DNA of 64,000 bases from Hypanus sabinus (GCF_030144855.1 NC_082706.1:129456001-129520000), one strand, 5' to 3'; numbered from the stretch's first letter, positions 50,180 to 63,010 are shown. Notes: generated by a model from the sequence alone, not told the origin. Numbers and translations are program-made.

Positions 50180-51560
50180 TGGCCCACGATGTTTGCGCCG
50201 AACATGATGTCAAATTAAACTAAATCTGTTCTGTCTGCATATACTCCATATCCACATCTATCAGAAAGCAACTTAAATCCATTATCCTATCTGTTTCCAC
50301 CACTAACCCGGCTGCCCGTTCCAGGCACATGTGTAAAAAAAAGCTTATCCAGCACATCTTTAAACTTTCCACCGGGGGTTGGATTTACCCAGAATCGTTA
50401 AAGGACCGTTGCGTGGGCCGTCTTGCCGCACCTTGCTCTGGGACCGAGCGAACCAAGTCAGAAACTGTGCATTCTTTTCATCATCCTCAATGTAGGTCGG
50501 GAGAGAGAGATATGATTTATCATATCAAACAGATGAAGTGCGAACCCCAGTGACTCGCTGCTAGTATCCCGGTAGAACTTCCAGTGCCCTGTATTGAAAT
50601 CTGTCATGCTAAGGAGGGTTGTCTGTCCTGGATGCCGCGGCGCTTCGTTAAGTGAATGAAAGAGGCACGACATTGATAATCGGCCGCTGGGTAAAGTAAT
50701 GGTGCGGTTTAACCAACAGATCTCCAACTTTTATAGACAATAGACAATAGGTACAGAAGTAGACCATTCGGCCCCTCGAGTCTGCACCGCCATTCTGAGA
50801 TCATGGCTGATCATTCACTATCAATACCCAGTCCCTGCCTTGTCCCCATATCCCTTGATTCCCCTATCCATCAGATATCTATCCAGCTCCTTCTTGAAAG
50901 CATCCAGAGACTTGGCCTCCACCGTCTTCCGAGGCAGTGCATTCCACACCTCCACAACTCTCTGGGAGAAGAAGCTCTTCCTCAACTCTGTTTTAAATAA
51001 CTGACCTCTTATTCTCAATCCATGCCCTCTGGTACTGGACTCTCCCAACATCTGGAACTTGCTAAATAAAATGCCGACTCTTTAGAATCTGCGCTCAACA
51101 TATTTAAGTACATTTAAAAATAACTTCAGAAACAGGGTTATTAGCACTGATATATGTCGTGAAATTCGCAGCAGCGCTGTGCAAGACATAAAAATACTGT
51201 AACAATAATACAAATAAATAAATAATGCGGAAGAGAACTTCCTGAGTAACTTCATTTCAGCAGGGATTCGGAAAGGTAATATAAACTATATATTTTTTTC
51301 AGAAACAAAGTCCCCGTACCAATGACCTTCACATTTAGCCATGAATTTATTGACCTGCTCCTCGCCACTTTGATGTTCTGCGCCGAGCTTTCCAATCTGT
51401 GCCCGCCGTGCGATCCTGACGGTTCGGCCGGCGCACCGAAACTCGCGGGGACTACCGCTAAGATGAATGATCCGTGAAGAAAGCACACTAATTGCCAGAC
51501 GCGGCCACCACTAAGACCTACAACAACCTGGGATACAGCGTTTCACTGAGAACTCTCACT
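50180..51560. promoter_or_regulatory. CpG-island extension into intron 1, interrupted by a CR1 3' fragment
   Basis: Dense CpG at 50370-50710 and 51360-51540. Confidence 0.5.
50731..51055 (-). mobile_element. Young CR1 3' fragment
   Basis: Open frame GESSTRGHGLRIRG..FKTELRKSFFSQRVVEVWNALP; (ctattgt)n tail; possible TSD AACTT. Confidence 0.85.
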
Positions 51561-51927
51561 GTCCCAATGCCACTGAATCCAATCCCACTTGGACAGAATA
51601 TATAATTAAACCCTCAACGAATTATTATGATGCGGTTATTACAGCATTTTAACAGAGTGTGGACCCGAAACGCCAGCTGTCCACTCTCCTCATAGATGCT
51701 GCCTGTCTTGCTAAGTTCCTCCGGCAGCTTGCATCGTTTTTGGGAAAAAAAGAGAGGTGTCCTGTTGCATGGTCTTGACCCTGAGTGCTGGCGAATCCTT
51801 TACCTCTACAGATGCTGCCCGACCCGCTGAGTTCCTCCAGCATTTTGTTGCTCCAGATTCTAGCATCTGTAGTTTCTTGTTATCAACAGGTCTATTAATG
51901 TTGATGCACAGTGTTGAGCAGTAAGTT

Positions 51928-52144
51928 NNNNNNNNNNNNNNNNNNNNNNNNNNNNNNNNNNNNNNNNNNNNNNNNNNNNNNNNNNNNNNNNNNNNNNNNN
52001 NNNNNNNNNNNNNNNNNNNNNNNNNNNNNNNNNNNNNNNNNNNNNNNNNNNNNNNNNNNNNNNNNNNNNNNNNNNNNNNNNNNNNNNNNNNNNNNNNNNN
52101 NNNNNNNNNNNNNNNNNNNNNNNNNNNNNNNNNNNNNNNNNNNN
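51928..52144. other. Assembly gap (217 N)
   Basis: Run of Ns. Confidence 1.
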
Positions 52145-52206
52145 GGAAAGAATAGTGTCAGTACCAGGTAAGAGAAGGCTGCTTTCAGGAGGTGTAAAGC
52201 CACCAT
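52145..52206 (-). CDS. APCDD1: APCDD1 coding exon 1 (signal peptide); 3' end and splice donor fall in the N gap
   Basis: ATG at 52206 in strong Kozak context (gggaaATGG) reads MVALHLLKAAFSYLVLTLFF(P), signal-peptide-like, then runs into Ns. It lies in a CpG-rich region upstream of exon 2. Exon 2 needs a phase-1 donor; a 64-nt exon gives a 1545-nt CDS (514 aa), the human length. Confidence 0.75.
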
Positions 52207-52980
52207 TTCCCTTCGGACACACACCACAAACTCCGCTGAAACTCTGTCCGCCCAACTGATTCAGTTCTCGAATCAAGGCCCCGCTTTGAACCGCCTTGAG
52301 ACAGACTCGTGAAGAGCAAGTTTAGTTCGCATCGGCGTGTGAGGCTAGCAGGCACCCAAGAGGACGCGAGAATGCCCCCTTTCGCAGGCTGACTCTCAGC
52401 TTGTTTACTGCGATGATCTCTTTCCAGTCCGCGCGAGTTCGTTGAGATAAGACTGTGCGGATGTTCAAAAGAAACGTTTCGAGAAACTTTCTCTGTATGA
52501 TGTAAGGGGTTTAAGAACTCGCCCCACCCTCTTTGCTTTGTACAAAAGTGTCCTCGTTAGAAGCACCACTTGCAGAGACACCGGGAACCGTGCGAATTCT
52601 TCGCGGGCTCGCTGCTACTCTGCTGGGCTGCCCAGTTTGCCAGCGAGTATACCCGCCGTGGTGCGGGAGGCCTCTGTGTTCCCCAGCGCATCAACACTGG
52701 CTGCGGGTCGGGAGGTGGAGACTCGCGGCTTCTTCGGCGCCGCTTCAAAGGGATGCGTTTATGACCCTCGTTCCGGCGTCTCAGGAACAAATAAGAGTGT
52801 TCTTTTATTGGTTTTTAAGAGCTTCCAACCTCTGTCGGTGCAGAGGAAGATCACGTCCACGCCCCTCCCAAAACGTCCCCTCTAGGTACTTCTTGATAAA
52901 TGAACCATCTCTTCAAAGTGAGTTTTCGCTTTAGACGGGGAAGGGAAATTAGTTTACAAGTCGCTGCCTTATACTTGCTC
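52207..52980 (-). promoter_or_regulatory. CpG-rich 5' UTR/promoter of APCDD1 with TCF/LEF site cluster
   Basis: Markedly CpG-rich against a CpG-depleted background. CTTTGAA 52284-52290, CTTTGTA 52536-52542, TTCAAAG 52744-52750 and 52912-52918; GCCCCACCC 52521-52529; forkhead TTGTTTAC 52401-52408. Confidence 0.7.
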
Positions 52981-53644
52981 AGACAGCAAATTATACTTGC
53001 TACTTTAACACACTCCGAATAAAACAAACAATGATCTGTTCACCTGATACTAAATTGCAGCGACAAACTTACATTGATATTCGTTGGTGCATTTATTATT
53101 CTCATGCGTTGGTATAAGCTTCATATCAACAATAAATGGCATTGTTCACGGAGCTAATAAACTCATCTGCAGCGCCTTTAACGAGCAACAACATGCTTCT
53201 CTAATCAATGAGCAGGAATGTACAAATTAATAAGCGGACGGTCACCAAAAGCATGGCTGAAGAGGTTTACAGTGTATCTTCAAGGAGCCGTGGTTGGAAC
53301 CGACACTTGGCAAGAAGCCAGTGGTAGAGCAATTAAAACCATGATCTGGTCAGATCTGGAGGAGCAGATTTCTGTAGGTCAGAGAGAGACAAGGAGGGGG
53401 TTGACAAGGACGGAGTTTTACAAGGGAGGCATTGTGTAATGGGGAGTCAAAGTACGTGATTATAACTTCTTAGAGGATCAAATATAATAAAATGATTTCA
53501 GTTCAGTCTGTTAATACAATCCTTATTATCAGCGTGAGCATGAAAGACGGGATGGCACGTGTGTGCAGGGGTGAGATCTGGATCAATTTTACCCTGTGTG
53601 ATTTAGGGCATAGTTATTCTGCTGCTGTTGATGGTCACCCCTGA

Positions 53645-54130
53645 AGTTCAAAGTTCAAAATAAATTTACTATCAAAAGATCACCATGAGATTCATTTTAT
53701 TATGGGCATTCCCAATAATTCAAATAATGGAATCAATGAGAGACCTCAGCAGCTGAGTGTAAATCAATGTGCAAAACTGTGGAAATACAAAAAGAATTTC
53801 CCCTTGGCGATGAATAAAGTATCTATCTATCTATCTAATAACGATCAGCAAGTAATACGTATTGAGAATATGAGATGAAGAGTCCTTGCAAGTGAGTCCA
53901 CGGGCTGTGGGAACATTTTCAGTGACAGAGTGAGTGAAGTTATCCCCTGATGGTTGAACTGTTCCTGAACCTGGTGGTGTGAGTCCTGTGGCTCCTGTAC
54001 CTTCCTGATGTTAGCAGTGAGAACAGAGTATGTCCTGGGTGGTGGGGGTCTTTGATGATGGACGCTGCATTCCTGTGACAGTGCTCCATGTAGAAGTACT
54101 CAGTGGTGGGGAGGGCTTTACCCATGTTGG
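53645..54130 (-). mobile_element. Rex1/L2-like 3' fragment
   Basis: IIKDPHHPGHTLFSLLTSGRYRSHRTHTTRFRNS; (ctttgaa)n tail. Confidence 0.75.
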
Positions 54131-56289
54131 ACTATACATGCTTACCCATAAGTGTTTGTTTTAATGGAAAACCCAACATCATTCAGGAGCCCGTTCCTAA
54201 TCTGACTCTGATCATACCTAACCAGGGGCAGCTAGCCGAGCCACTGCCTTCCCACTCCAGTGAGCCTGACTCAGTTCTGAGCAAGGGTGCTGTCTGTGTG
54301 GCGCTTGCACGTTCTGTCTGTGAAAGCGTGGGCTTGCACCAGGTGCTCAGGTCTCCTTTCAAATCCAAAGCAAGTCCTGGTTGGAAGTTAATTGCCATGG
54401 GTGCGAGGGTAAGAAAAGAAAAGGAATCTGTAGTGTGCTGACGTGAACGTGGGCAGGATATGAATGGTTGGTTGGTGGATGAGGTAGTGTCATTGAGCCA
54501 AAGGTTCGGTTTCAAGGCTTGTAACTCCATGACTCTAAAAGCAGGGAATGAGGACCTTTGTCCTATGAAGCATCCTTTCATTGGTTTGATTTATAATCTC
54601 CCAAGTTAATTGCAAAGCTACTGTACAAAGTTTCTGCAGCACATTGGAATATTCATTGCTTGGATACACAAGACGCATGGCAAGTCCATCAGGAGCTCCA
54701 TCTGATGGTGAATCATTTGCTGGGTGCGGGGATCCTGTCTGAGGAGATTTCCCACAGGATCTCTCAGACCAGTGCTGTGGCACTTAGTCTTTGGAGGTGC
54801 AGAGTAAACGTACACTTGTAGGGAGCCCTTCACATCCTCCAAACATACTTCAACTTCATTTGTACCTTTGCATTGTCCCTAAGGCATAGTTGGTACTGGA
54901 GGTACGTGTCTGCTGTTAAAGATTTAGATATTTTCCATTACTGGTCCCTTGTGACCATTTAAGTCTGACACAATGGATCTGACTGACAGTCTTTTTTGGA
55001 ATCTGCACTAACTATTTTCAGGTGGTTTCTCAGGCCTTGGTGCTTAAAGCGTAAAGTCGTAAAGTCATACAGGCCAGAACCAGGCCATTCAGCCCATCAT
55101 ATTTATACAGGCCATCAAGTACCCATCTGTACTAATCCCATCAACCAGCACTTGGTCTGTAGCCTTTTCATTCCCTGGCAATTCAACTGCTTGTCTGGAT
55201 GCTTGTTAAATGTTATGAGAGCCTCTGCCCCCACAAACCTCTCAGACATGAACTACAAACTCCAGCCGCTCTCTGGGAGAAAAAAATCTCCCTTAATTCT
55301 GCTGTAAATCTCTTGCTCCTCACAGATTCTGAGTCGGGTTAGTTTACAGCAGAGTGAAATGAAATTCCTTGCTTGCATGAAGTTCAGAGAGAAAGCAGGA
55401 CGGATGGTGATGATAAATTAACAATAACCCCAGCAATGAGCACAAGAACATCAGAATGATGCAAATCTGAATTAATGCTGAAAGAAATGTAAAAATAACA
55501 ATAATGTAATAATAAAGGGTACCTGTCCTCTGGTTACTGATATCTCTGCCATGGGAAAAAGTTTTCCAGGACCTACCCAATTCTTAAGAATCCCCTTCAT
55601 GATTTCAAATCCCTTCATACTCCAAGCCCCTTTTTAAAAATCTGCTCCAGTTTGAAATCACTGTGAAATAGCCATACCTCTCTTGTTCTGGACACAGAAT
55701 ATTGATATTAACTGCTCTACATATATGGCTGTGCCCTATGAGGAGAGCTCTGAAAACTTTGATGAGCTCAACAAATAATATTAGTATCAAAATGTAACTG
55801 TTTTTAAGTATGTGGACTATAATTCATTAAACTACAAATTTTTCAATTTGGTTTATTTTTCATGCAGCTTATTTATGGTTTTCATTTTCTGCCATAATCT
55901 TAAGGTTCCCGTCTTTATTTAGCACCTTTTGTACAAGTTAAAATTGAAAATGGTCTTTTATCAAAGGATAAGTAAAAAACTATATTTTGGTTCCATGCCA
56001 GCTTATTGTCAGGGAATATTCTTTAAAGTGGTTGACTGCACAGTGAGTTTGAGGAGATCTCTGGTGTTGGGTGCCAGGGATCCTGTTGAACATATGTCTG
56101 ATGCAATTAGAAGCGAGTAAAGAGAATTTCACATTGCAGATCTTCGTGGGGAGCTTCCTTTGGGAACTGTTGCTTAAATTCTTTACAGTCTTGTTAAAGG
56201 GAGTTCACTTTGCATTGATTAACCATCCTTTTATATGACACTGCAGCACAGGATCAATAGCTATAAAAAGCTATGGAATATCCCGAGAC

Positions 56290-57260
56290 CACAAAAAAGC
56301 TACACTTCATATTAGTTCTCATTGATGGGTTAGAAATGGGGAGTGGTAGCAGCTTCAAATTCCAGGGAGTTAACATCCCAGGTGACCTGTCCTGGGTCCA
56401 GAACATCCATGCAATCACGAGGAAGGCATGCTGTTGTCTCTATTGACTGTGAACCTTAAGGAGATTTGGCATGTTATCAAATTCTCTAACAGATTCTGCA
56501 GATGAACTGCTGAAACTATCCAGACTGGTTGCATCATGGCCTGGTATGGCAATTTCAGTACACAGGAATGCAGGAGGCTGCAGGAAGTAGTGGGCACAGC
56601 CCATTCCATTACAGGCATAGCCCTCCTCACCACTGAAAACAGCCTCAGGAGGCACTGCCCTCAAGAAGCTGGTATCTATCTTCAAGGAGTCCTACCACCT
56701 GTGTGGCTGATCCCACCAGCCAGGAAGTACAGAACTCTGAAATCTCACAGCACTACGTTCAGGAACAGCTACTTTTCAATAACCACCTGGTTCTTGAACT
56801 GACCTGCTTAACCCTAACCTACCTTAGAAATGGAATCCTATGAACCACCTCTTACACTAACATAGACTGTCTCTGATTGTGTCATTTTGCACTAAGGTCT
56901 TGATTTTCAAGTTTTTTTCCTTTTACTATCATAAAGGATGCTCATCACCCAGGATATGCTCCTTTCTTATCCCTACCATCAGAGGGGAGGTGCAGGAACC
57001 TGAAGACACACACTCAACATTTTAGGAACAGCTTCATCCCCTCTGCCATCAGATTTATGAATGAACAATGAACCAACCTATGAACATTACCTCACCACTT
57101 TTGCACTCTTTTTGCACTACTTAATTTAATTTAATTTTTAAAAGATGTATAATTCTTATTGTAATTTATAGTACTTTTTATGTATTGCATTGTTCTGCTG
57201 CTGCAAAGCAACACATTTCACAACATATGCCAATGATATGAAGCCTGACAGATTCTGTTT
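56290..57260 (+). mobile_element. Stacked Rex1/L2-like 3' fragments
   Basis: AWYGNFSTQECRRLQEVVGTA..ITG, RKYRTLKSHSTTFRNSYF. Confidence 0.7.
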
Positions 57261-57374
57261 CTTTTATAATTTATGTTCTGTGCGCTGTCTGAATCTAAGT
57301 GCCTGTGATGCCATTGCAAACAAGTTTTTCATTGTATCTGTATCTCATCGTGCTTTTGCACACATGCCAATGTA

Positions 57375-57890
57375 TACTCAGCGGCCACTTTATTAGGTAC
57401 AAATGTACAACTGCTTGTTAATGCAAATATCTAATCAGCCAATTATGTGGCAGCAACTCAATGCATTAAAGCATTCAGTCATGGTCAAGGGGTTCAGTTG
57501 TTGTTGGACCAAACATCAGAATGGGGAAGAAATGTGATCTAAGAGACTTTGACTGTGAAATGTTTGTTGATGCGAGAAGGGGTGGCTTTGGTATCTCAGA
57601 AGTCTCTTGGGATTTTCGTGCTCCACTCACTAGAGTTTACAGAGAATGGTGAAAGAAACAGAAATAATCTAGTGAGCTGTAATTCTGTGGGCAAAACCGC
57701 CTTGTAAATGAGAGAGGTCAGAGGAGAATGGCCAGACTGGTTCAAGCTGACAGGAAGAAGACAGTAACTCAAATAGCCGAGTGTTACAACAATGCTGTGC
57801 ACAAGAGGCTCTCTGAATGCATGACCTTCAAGTGGATGGGGTATGGCAGCACAGGACCATGGCTACACCTAATAAAGTGGGCACTGTGCG
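57375..57890 (+). mobile_element. Internally deleted Tc1-like transposon
   Basis: TIRs .ACTCAGCGGCCACTTTATTAGGT / ACCTAATAAAGTGGGCACTGTGCG with TA flanks; transposase N-terminus MGKKCDLRDFDCEMFVDARRG from ~57521. Confidence 0.8.
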
Positions 57891-57937
57891 TACTGACCCT
57901 GAGCTGACTACTTAACAGCTAGTCACTCATATCGGTG

Positions 57938-58075
57938 TTGGCCGGTAGTGTAATGGTGTCAGCACCGGACTGCGAGCTGAGTGGTCCTGGCTTTCCATTC
58001 ATGCTGGGTTGAGCATTGAGCTAGCAACTTGCCCTCATAAAAAACAGACAATATGCTAAAGAAACGGCAAGGTGC
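57938..58075 (+). mobile_element. tRNA-derived SINE, same family as 21057-21305
   Basis: A-box-like ggtagtgtaatgg; shared gctgggttgagc.ttgagctagcaact body. Confidence 0.65.
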
Positions 58076-58669
58076 ACTGGAAAGCATAGAGCGAATTAAC
58101 ATAGTGTATCTCATATCAATAAATGTTTTAACATATTCTAATGGAAGAGATAGGCACAAAAGGTGAGAGGTGGAAATTCTATTAATCCTGCTCCATCCAT
58201 CCTGGATACAATTACTCAAATAAATTCTACTCAACCGAGAGTGGAGCAACCTTTGAATACTCTTTAGTCATGTTCTTAGTATCGTTAATTTTTTTACTTG
58301 CACAATTTGTCTTTTGCACATTGGTTGTTTGTTAGTCTTTGTTTATAAATAATTTTTCTTAAATTCTATAGAATTATTTTCCTGTAAATGACTTCAAGAA
58401 AATGAATCTCAAGGTAGCATATGGTAACATGCATGCACTTGAATAATAAATTTACTTTGCCTTTGACTTTGAATTACCTGCCCCCACAATATTGCTGTCA
58501 TTAAAGAAAACACTTGCATCAGTTTTTTAACACCACTCTCCAAAATTACAGCCTCTGTTTAACTCACTTTTTTATAAACATAAACAGACACTACTTTCCT
58601 CATCAGTCACATCAAGGGCTACCTCCCAGATACGATGCAAACTTTAGAATAGGAAGTTGAAGAAAGGTA

Positions 58670-58925
58670 CAGGCAGTTGAGCCACTGCTTCAGATCCCCC
58701 ACTGACCTGGGCTCAGTCCTAACCCCTTGAGCTTCCAGTCTGGAGTCTGTATCTTCTCCCTGTGGTTGCATGGCCTTCCCACCTTGGGTGCTCCCGTTTC
58801 ATCCCACCTCCCAAAAGTGTGAAGGTTGATGGGTTAATTGCTGCTAGTTAGAATGAGTGATTGAATCTAGGAGGCTGGGCATTATTGGGATGTAGGAGAG
58901 TAAAAAGGGATAGCATTGAATAACT
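58670..58925 (+). mobile_element. V-domain SINE, decayed
   Basis: tggagtctgtatcttctccctgtg...gggtgctcccgtttcatcccac. Confidence 0.65.
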
Positions 58926-59879
58926 TAGTGTGCGGGTTCAAGTTTCTGGTGATAGACATACAGTACATACACGGGTATAAATGTGATGTTAATGAGCTTC
59001 TTGCTGCAGCAGCAGAGTACAAACATAAACTTAATTTAACAGTAATTATACTTAACTTAGAATTAGTGTAAGTGGTTCTGGTTGGTTGGCACAGACTCAA
59101 TGGCTCACACAGCATGTTTGCGTTCAGTATTTCTTGATGATTAGTTTGTGAATAATTGAAATTCCTCTTTTTGATCATTTAACTGAAAAGGCCTGTGGAG
59201 ATACAGAATAAGGAGAGAGGAGCAAACTGATTCTTATCAAAATAATGAGAAAGGTCGGGTAATTCATGCATGGGGATGGTAACTGGCTGAAGTTCTTCCA
59301 GTAGAACAGTGAATTGACTAATTCAAGTTACCTTACTATCCAGTTGTTGACATCTTTAAGTATCGAGCACATTTGACATCAAATGAAAACTCCAGGCAAT
59401 GCTTGCAAATTGAAGCAAACAATCTGAAAAAATTGGACACGTTGTTAGTGTCTGAATGAAAATGACACATTCATATTTTAGGCATATTCCCAGTATCTTC
59501 TCATTCCATTTCAGATTTCAAAGACTTACTATGTTCTATTTATTTGAGATAAATAGGACTTCCTCTCAGAACTAAGGAAGGAATTGTCCGCAGTTTACAA
59601 TCTTTTAACACTTAAACAGTATTAGTAGTAATTATTCTGATTTTTTTTCCTGCTTGAATGATTTCACTGTAAATGACTGCTGGTTATGGCTTTTCTTTTT
59701 GTGCATCACAGTGATACAACGAGTGGAGATGTTGCCTTAGTGCCTCAGTGCTACAGAACCAGTTTCAGTCCTGACCCGTGCCTTATTGGCATGGAGTTTG
59801 TTAGTGCTAACAGTGCTATTGGACAGGAGATACTGAAGCCTGAAGTCTGACTGAGGTAGTCATCCATTTAGAGTGCTCA

Positions 59880-61712
59880 TATATATTAAAAGTTATATTA
59901 AAAGCAAGAGGATAGTGAGGGATAAAATTGGCCCCTTAGAGAATCAGAGTGGTCAGCTATGTGTGGAACCGAAGGAGATGGGAGAGATTTTGAATGATTT
60001 CTTCTCTTCGGTATTCACTAAGGAGAAGGATATTGAATTGTCTAAGGTGTGGGAAACAAGTAAGGAAGTTATGGAACCTATGACAATTAAAGAGGTGGAG
60101 GTACTAGCGTTTTTAAGAAATTTAAAAATGGATAAATCTCCGGGTCCTGAGAGGATATTCCCCAGGACCTTGAGGGAAGTTTGTGTAGAAATAGCAGGAG
60201 CTCTGACGGAGATCTTTAATATGTCATTAGAAACGGGGATTGTGCCGGAGGATTGGCGTATTGCTCATGTGGTTCCATTGTTTAAAAAGGGTTCTAGAAG
60301 GAAGCCTAGCAATTATAGACCTGTCAGTTTGACATCAGTGGTGGGTAAATTAATGGAAAGTATTCTTAGAGATAGTATTTATAATTATCTGGTTAGACGG
60401 GATCTGATTAGAAGTAGCCAGCATGGATTTGTGCGTGGAAGGTCATGTTTGACAAACCTTATTGAATTTTTTGAAGAAGTTACGAGGAATGTTGATGAGG
60501 GTAAGGCAGTGGATGTAGTCTATACGGACTTCAGCAAAGCCTTTGACAAAGTTCCACATGGAAGGTTAGTTAAGAAGGTTCAGTCGTTAGGTATTAATGC
60601 TGGAGTAATAAAATGGATTCAACAGTGGCTAGATGGGAGATGCCAGAGAGTAGTGGTGGATAATTGTTTATCGGGATGGAGGCCGGTGACTAGCGGGGTG
60701 CCTCAGGGATCTGTTTTGGGCCCAATGTTGTTTGTAATATACATAAATGATCTGGATGATGGGGTGGTAAATTGGATTAGTAAGTATGCCGATGATACTA
60801 AGGTAGGAGGTGTTGTGGATAATGAGGTGGATTTTCAAAGCTTGCAGGGAGATTTATGCCAGTTAGAAGAATGGGCTGAACGTTGGCAGATGGAGTTTAA
60901 TGCTGAGAAGTGTGAGGTTCTACATTTTGGCAGGAATAATCCAAATAGAACATACAGAGTAAATGGTAGGGCATTGAGGAATGCAGAGGAACAGAGAGAT
61001 CTAGGAATAACTGTGCATAGTTCCCTGAAAGTGGAGTCTCATGTAGATAGGGTGGTGAAGAGGGCTTTTGGAATGCTGGCCTTTATAAATCAAAGCATTG
61101 AGTACAGAAGTTGGGATGTAATGCTAAAGTTGTACAAGGCATTGGTAAGGCCAAATTTGGAATATTGTGTGCAGTTCTGGTCACCGAATTATAGGAAAGA
61201 TATCAATAAATTAGAGAGAGTGCAGAGACGATTTACTAGGATGTTACCTGGGTTTCAGCAATTAAGTTACAGAGAAAGGTTGAACAAGTTAGGTCTCTAT
61301 TCATTGGAGCGTAGAAGGTTGAGGGGGGATTTGATCGAAGTATTTAAAATTTTGAGAGGGATAGATAGAGTTGATGTGAACAGGCTGTTTCCATTGAGAG
61401 TAGGGGAGATTCAAACTAGAGGACATGATTTGAGAGTTAGGGGGCAGAAGTTTAAGGGAAACACGAGGGGGTATTTCTTTACTCAAAGAGTGATAGCTGT
61501 GTGGAATGAGCTTCCTGTAGAAGTAGTAGAGGCCAGTTCAGTTGTGTCATTTAAGGTAAAATTGGATACGTATATGGACAGGAAAGGAGTGGAGGGTTAT
61601 GGGCTGAGTGCGGGTAGGTGGGACTAGGTGAGATTAAGGGTTCGGCACGGACTAGGAGGGCCAAGATGGCCTGTTTCTGTGCTGTGATTGTTATATGGTT
61701 ATATGGTTATAT
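59880..61712 (+). mobile_element. Young 5'-truncated CR1 LINE with uninterrupted RT frame (ORF 59873-61627)
   Basis: About 575 codons without a stop: NYRPVSLTS, QHGFVRGRSCLTNL, DFSKAFDKV, SGVPQGSVLGP, YADD. No endonuclease. 3' GGGCC/GGCCT stem (61658-61672) and (gttatatg)n tail. Confidence 0.95.
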
Positions 61713-62200
61713 CATGATCCCATCACCAAAGCAAGTCAGAGGAAGGATGTCACATTAAGGTGAAGTCCTCTACTCTCCCACCTCCACTGCTCAACACATT
61801 AATCAAAACCCACAAGGACAGCCTGGAAAATACAGGTCACCTTTTCTACCCTGAGAGCCATTCCTCAGCTGGGTAGACATGGGCAATAAAAGCCATTACT
61901 ACATCCAACTTACCAATATAACCTTCAGACAACCAAGAGAAAGAATTTCAAAGACCAGGAGCTCACATTTCACACTATGGTCCTGGTGTACAAGGAGCAA
62001 CAACCTCTCTACAATTGATGACAAAGCAATGGAGGAAAAGCCATACAAATCCTCCCTATCTTCCAGCAGGATAGGCAAATGTGTCCACACATTTCAGGCC
62101 AACACCCCAGCATTGAAACTTGATCACACTGAAGTACTTCCAATAAGCAGGCTACATCATTAATAGAATCAAGCACCAGATACCCTAAACAGGAACTTGA
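61713..62200 (+). mobile_element. Old RTE-like LINE fragment hosting the young CR1
   Basis: Degenerate RTE-type RT C-terminal sequence; weak, recognised by pattern only. Confidence 0.4.
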
Positions 62201-62619
62201 TTCATTACTCATTGTTTTGTACTTTATACTGACCTCATGATAAATTATAAGGTTTTTCAGCCCATGCTAGATCTCTGAGCCATCCCATCAATCCTGGTTT
62301 CCCTCTTTATTTCCCATCAACCCATTTTCTTCCCCCTGAGGTCTGGATTAAACCCTTGTTCCTGAAGCTGTGAACCAGCTACCCCATTTATACCACTGAG
62401 CTGCCCACAGACTCCGAGCCCAAGAGCAGGAGTGTAAGACCGCCAACCCAAACCACTCCGGAAGAAAATTCCCCACAGGAAGTTCACATGCTGTTCTGTC
62501 ATTTCTGTGAATCTGCCTTTGGGATGTGGACCTCATGGATGATGCCAGCATCTTTTCCCATTTCTACCTGCCCATGAACTGAATGGCTACAGAAGCCATG
62601 TCAGAATGACAGTGATGGC

Positions 62620-63010
62620 TATTCTCCTCTGGAGTGGTGCAGGCTGAGGCGAGATCTGATAGAGGTTTGTAAAATTATGAAAGTAGATAGCTGATGTCTT
62701 TTTCCCAGTGTAGAAATGTTTATTGCTAGAGGGCATGCATTTAAGGTGAGAGGGGGAAAATTCAGAGAAGATGTTTTGTCAAGTTTTGTTTCACACAGAG
62801 AATGTTGGGAGCCCGGAATACACTGCCAGGATTGGCAGATCCTCTTAAAGGACTCTTAGATAGGGTTATGAATCTGCAGACAATGTTGTGGGTGGGGGGA
62901 TATAGATCACTCATTGGCAAAATGGATTAGCACAATTAGCTTGATTAGTTTGACACAGCATCACGGGTTGAAAGGTCTGTTCCCATTCTATTTTCTATGC
63001 TCTATGAAGT
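62620..63010 (+). mobile_element. CR1 3' fragment, decayed
   Basis: aggctgaggcgagatctgatagaggtttgtaaaattatg, ctagagggcatgcatttaaggtgagaggggg. Confidence 0.75.

Noticed and set aside
51252-51488. Hydrophobic-start ORF (MCFLHGSFILAVVP...) as alternative APCDD1 exon 1
   Set aside because: Non-ATG start and no suitably placed phase-1 donor seen; the ATG at 52206 fits much better.
52533-52934. Overlapping ORFs in the promoter
   Set aside because: Expected in GC-rich, stop-poor CpG-island DNA; no homology recognised.
54103-54842. Cluster of 70-130 aa ORFs upstream of the promoter
   Set aside because: No recognisable domains or splice-consistent exon chain; likely chance ORFs in old repeat-derived DNA.
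59873-61627. 584-aa RT ORF as a domesticated host gene or retron-like system
   Set aside because: Starts at a truncation junction (GTG in the flank), ends in a normal CR1 3' UTR and tail, and lacks endonuclease and partner genes.
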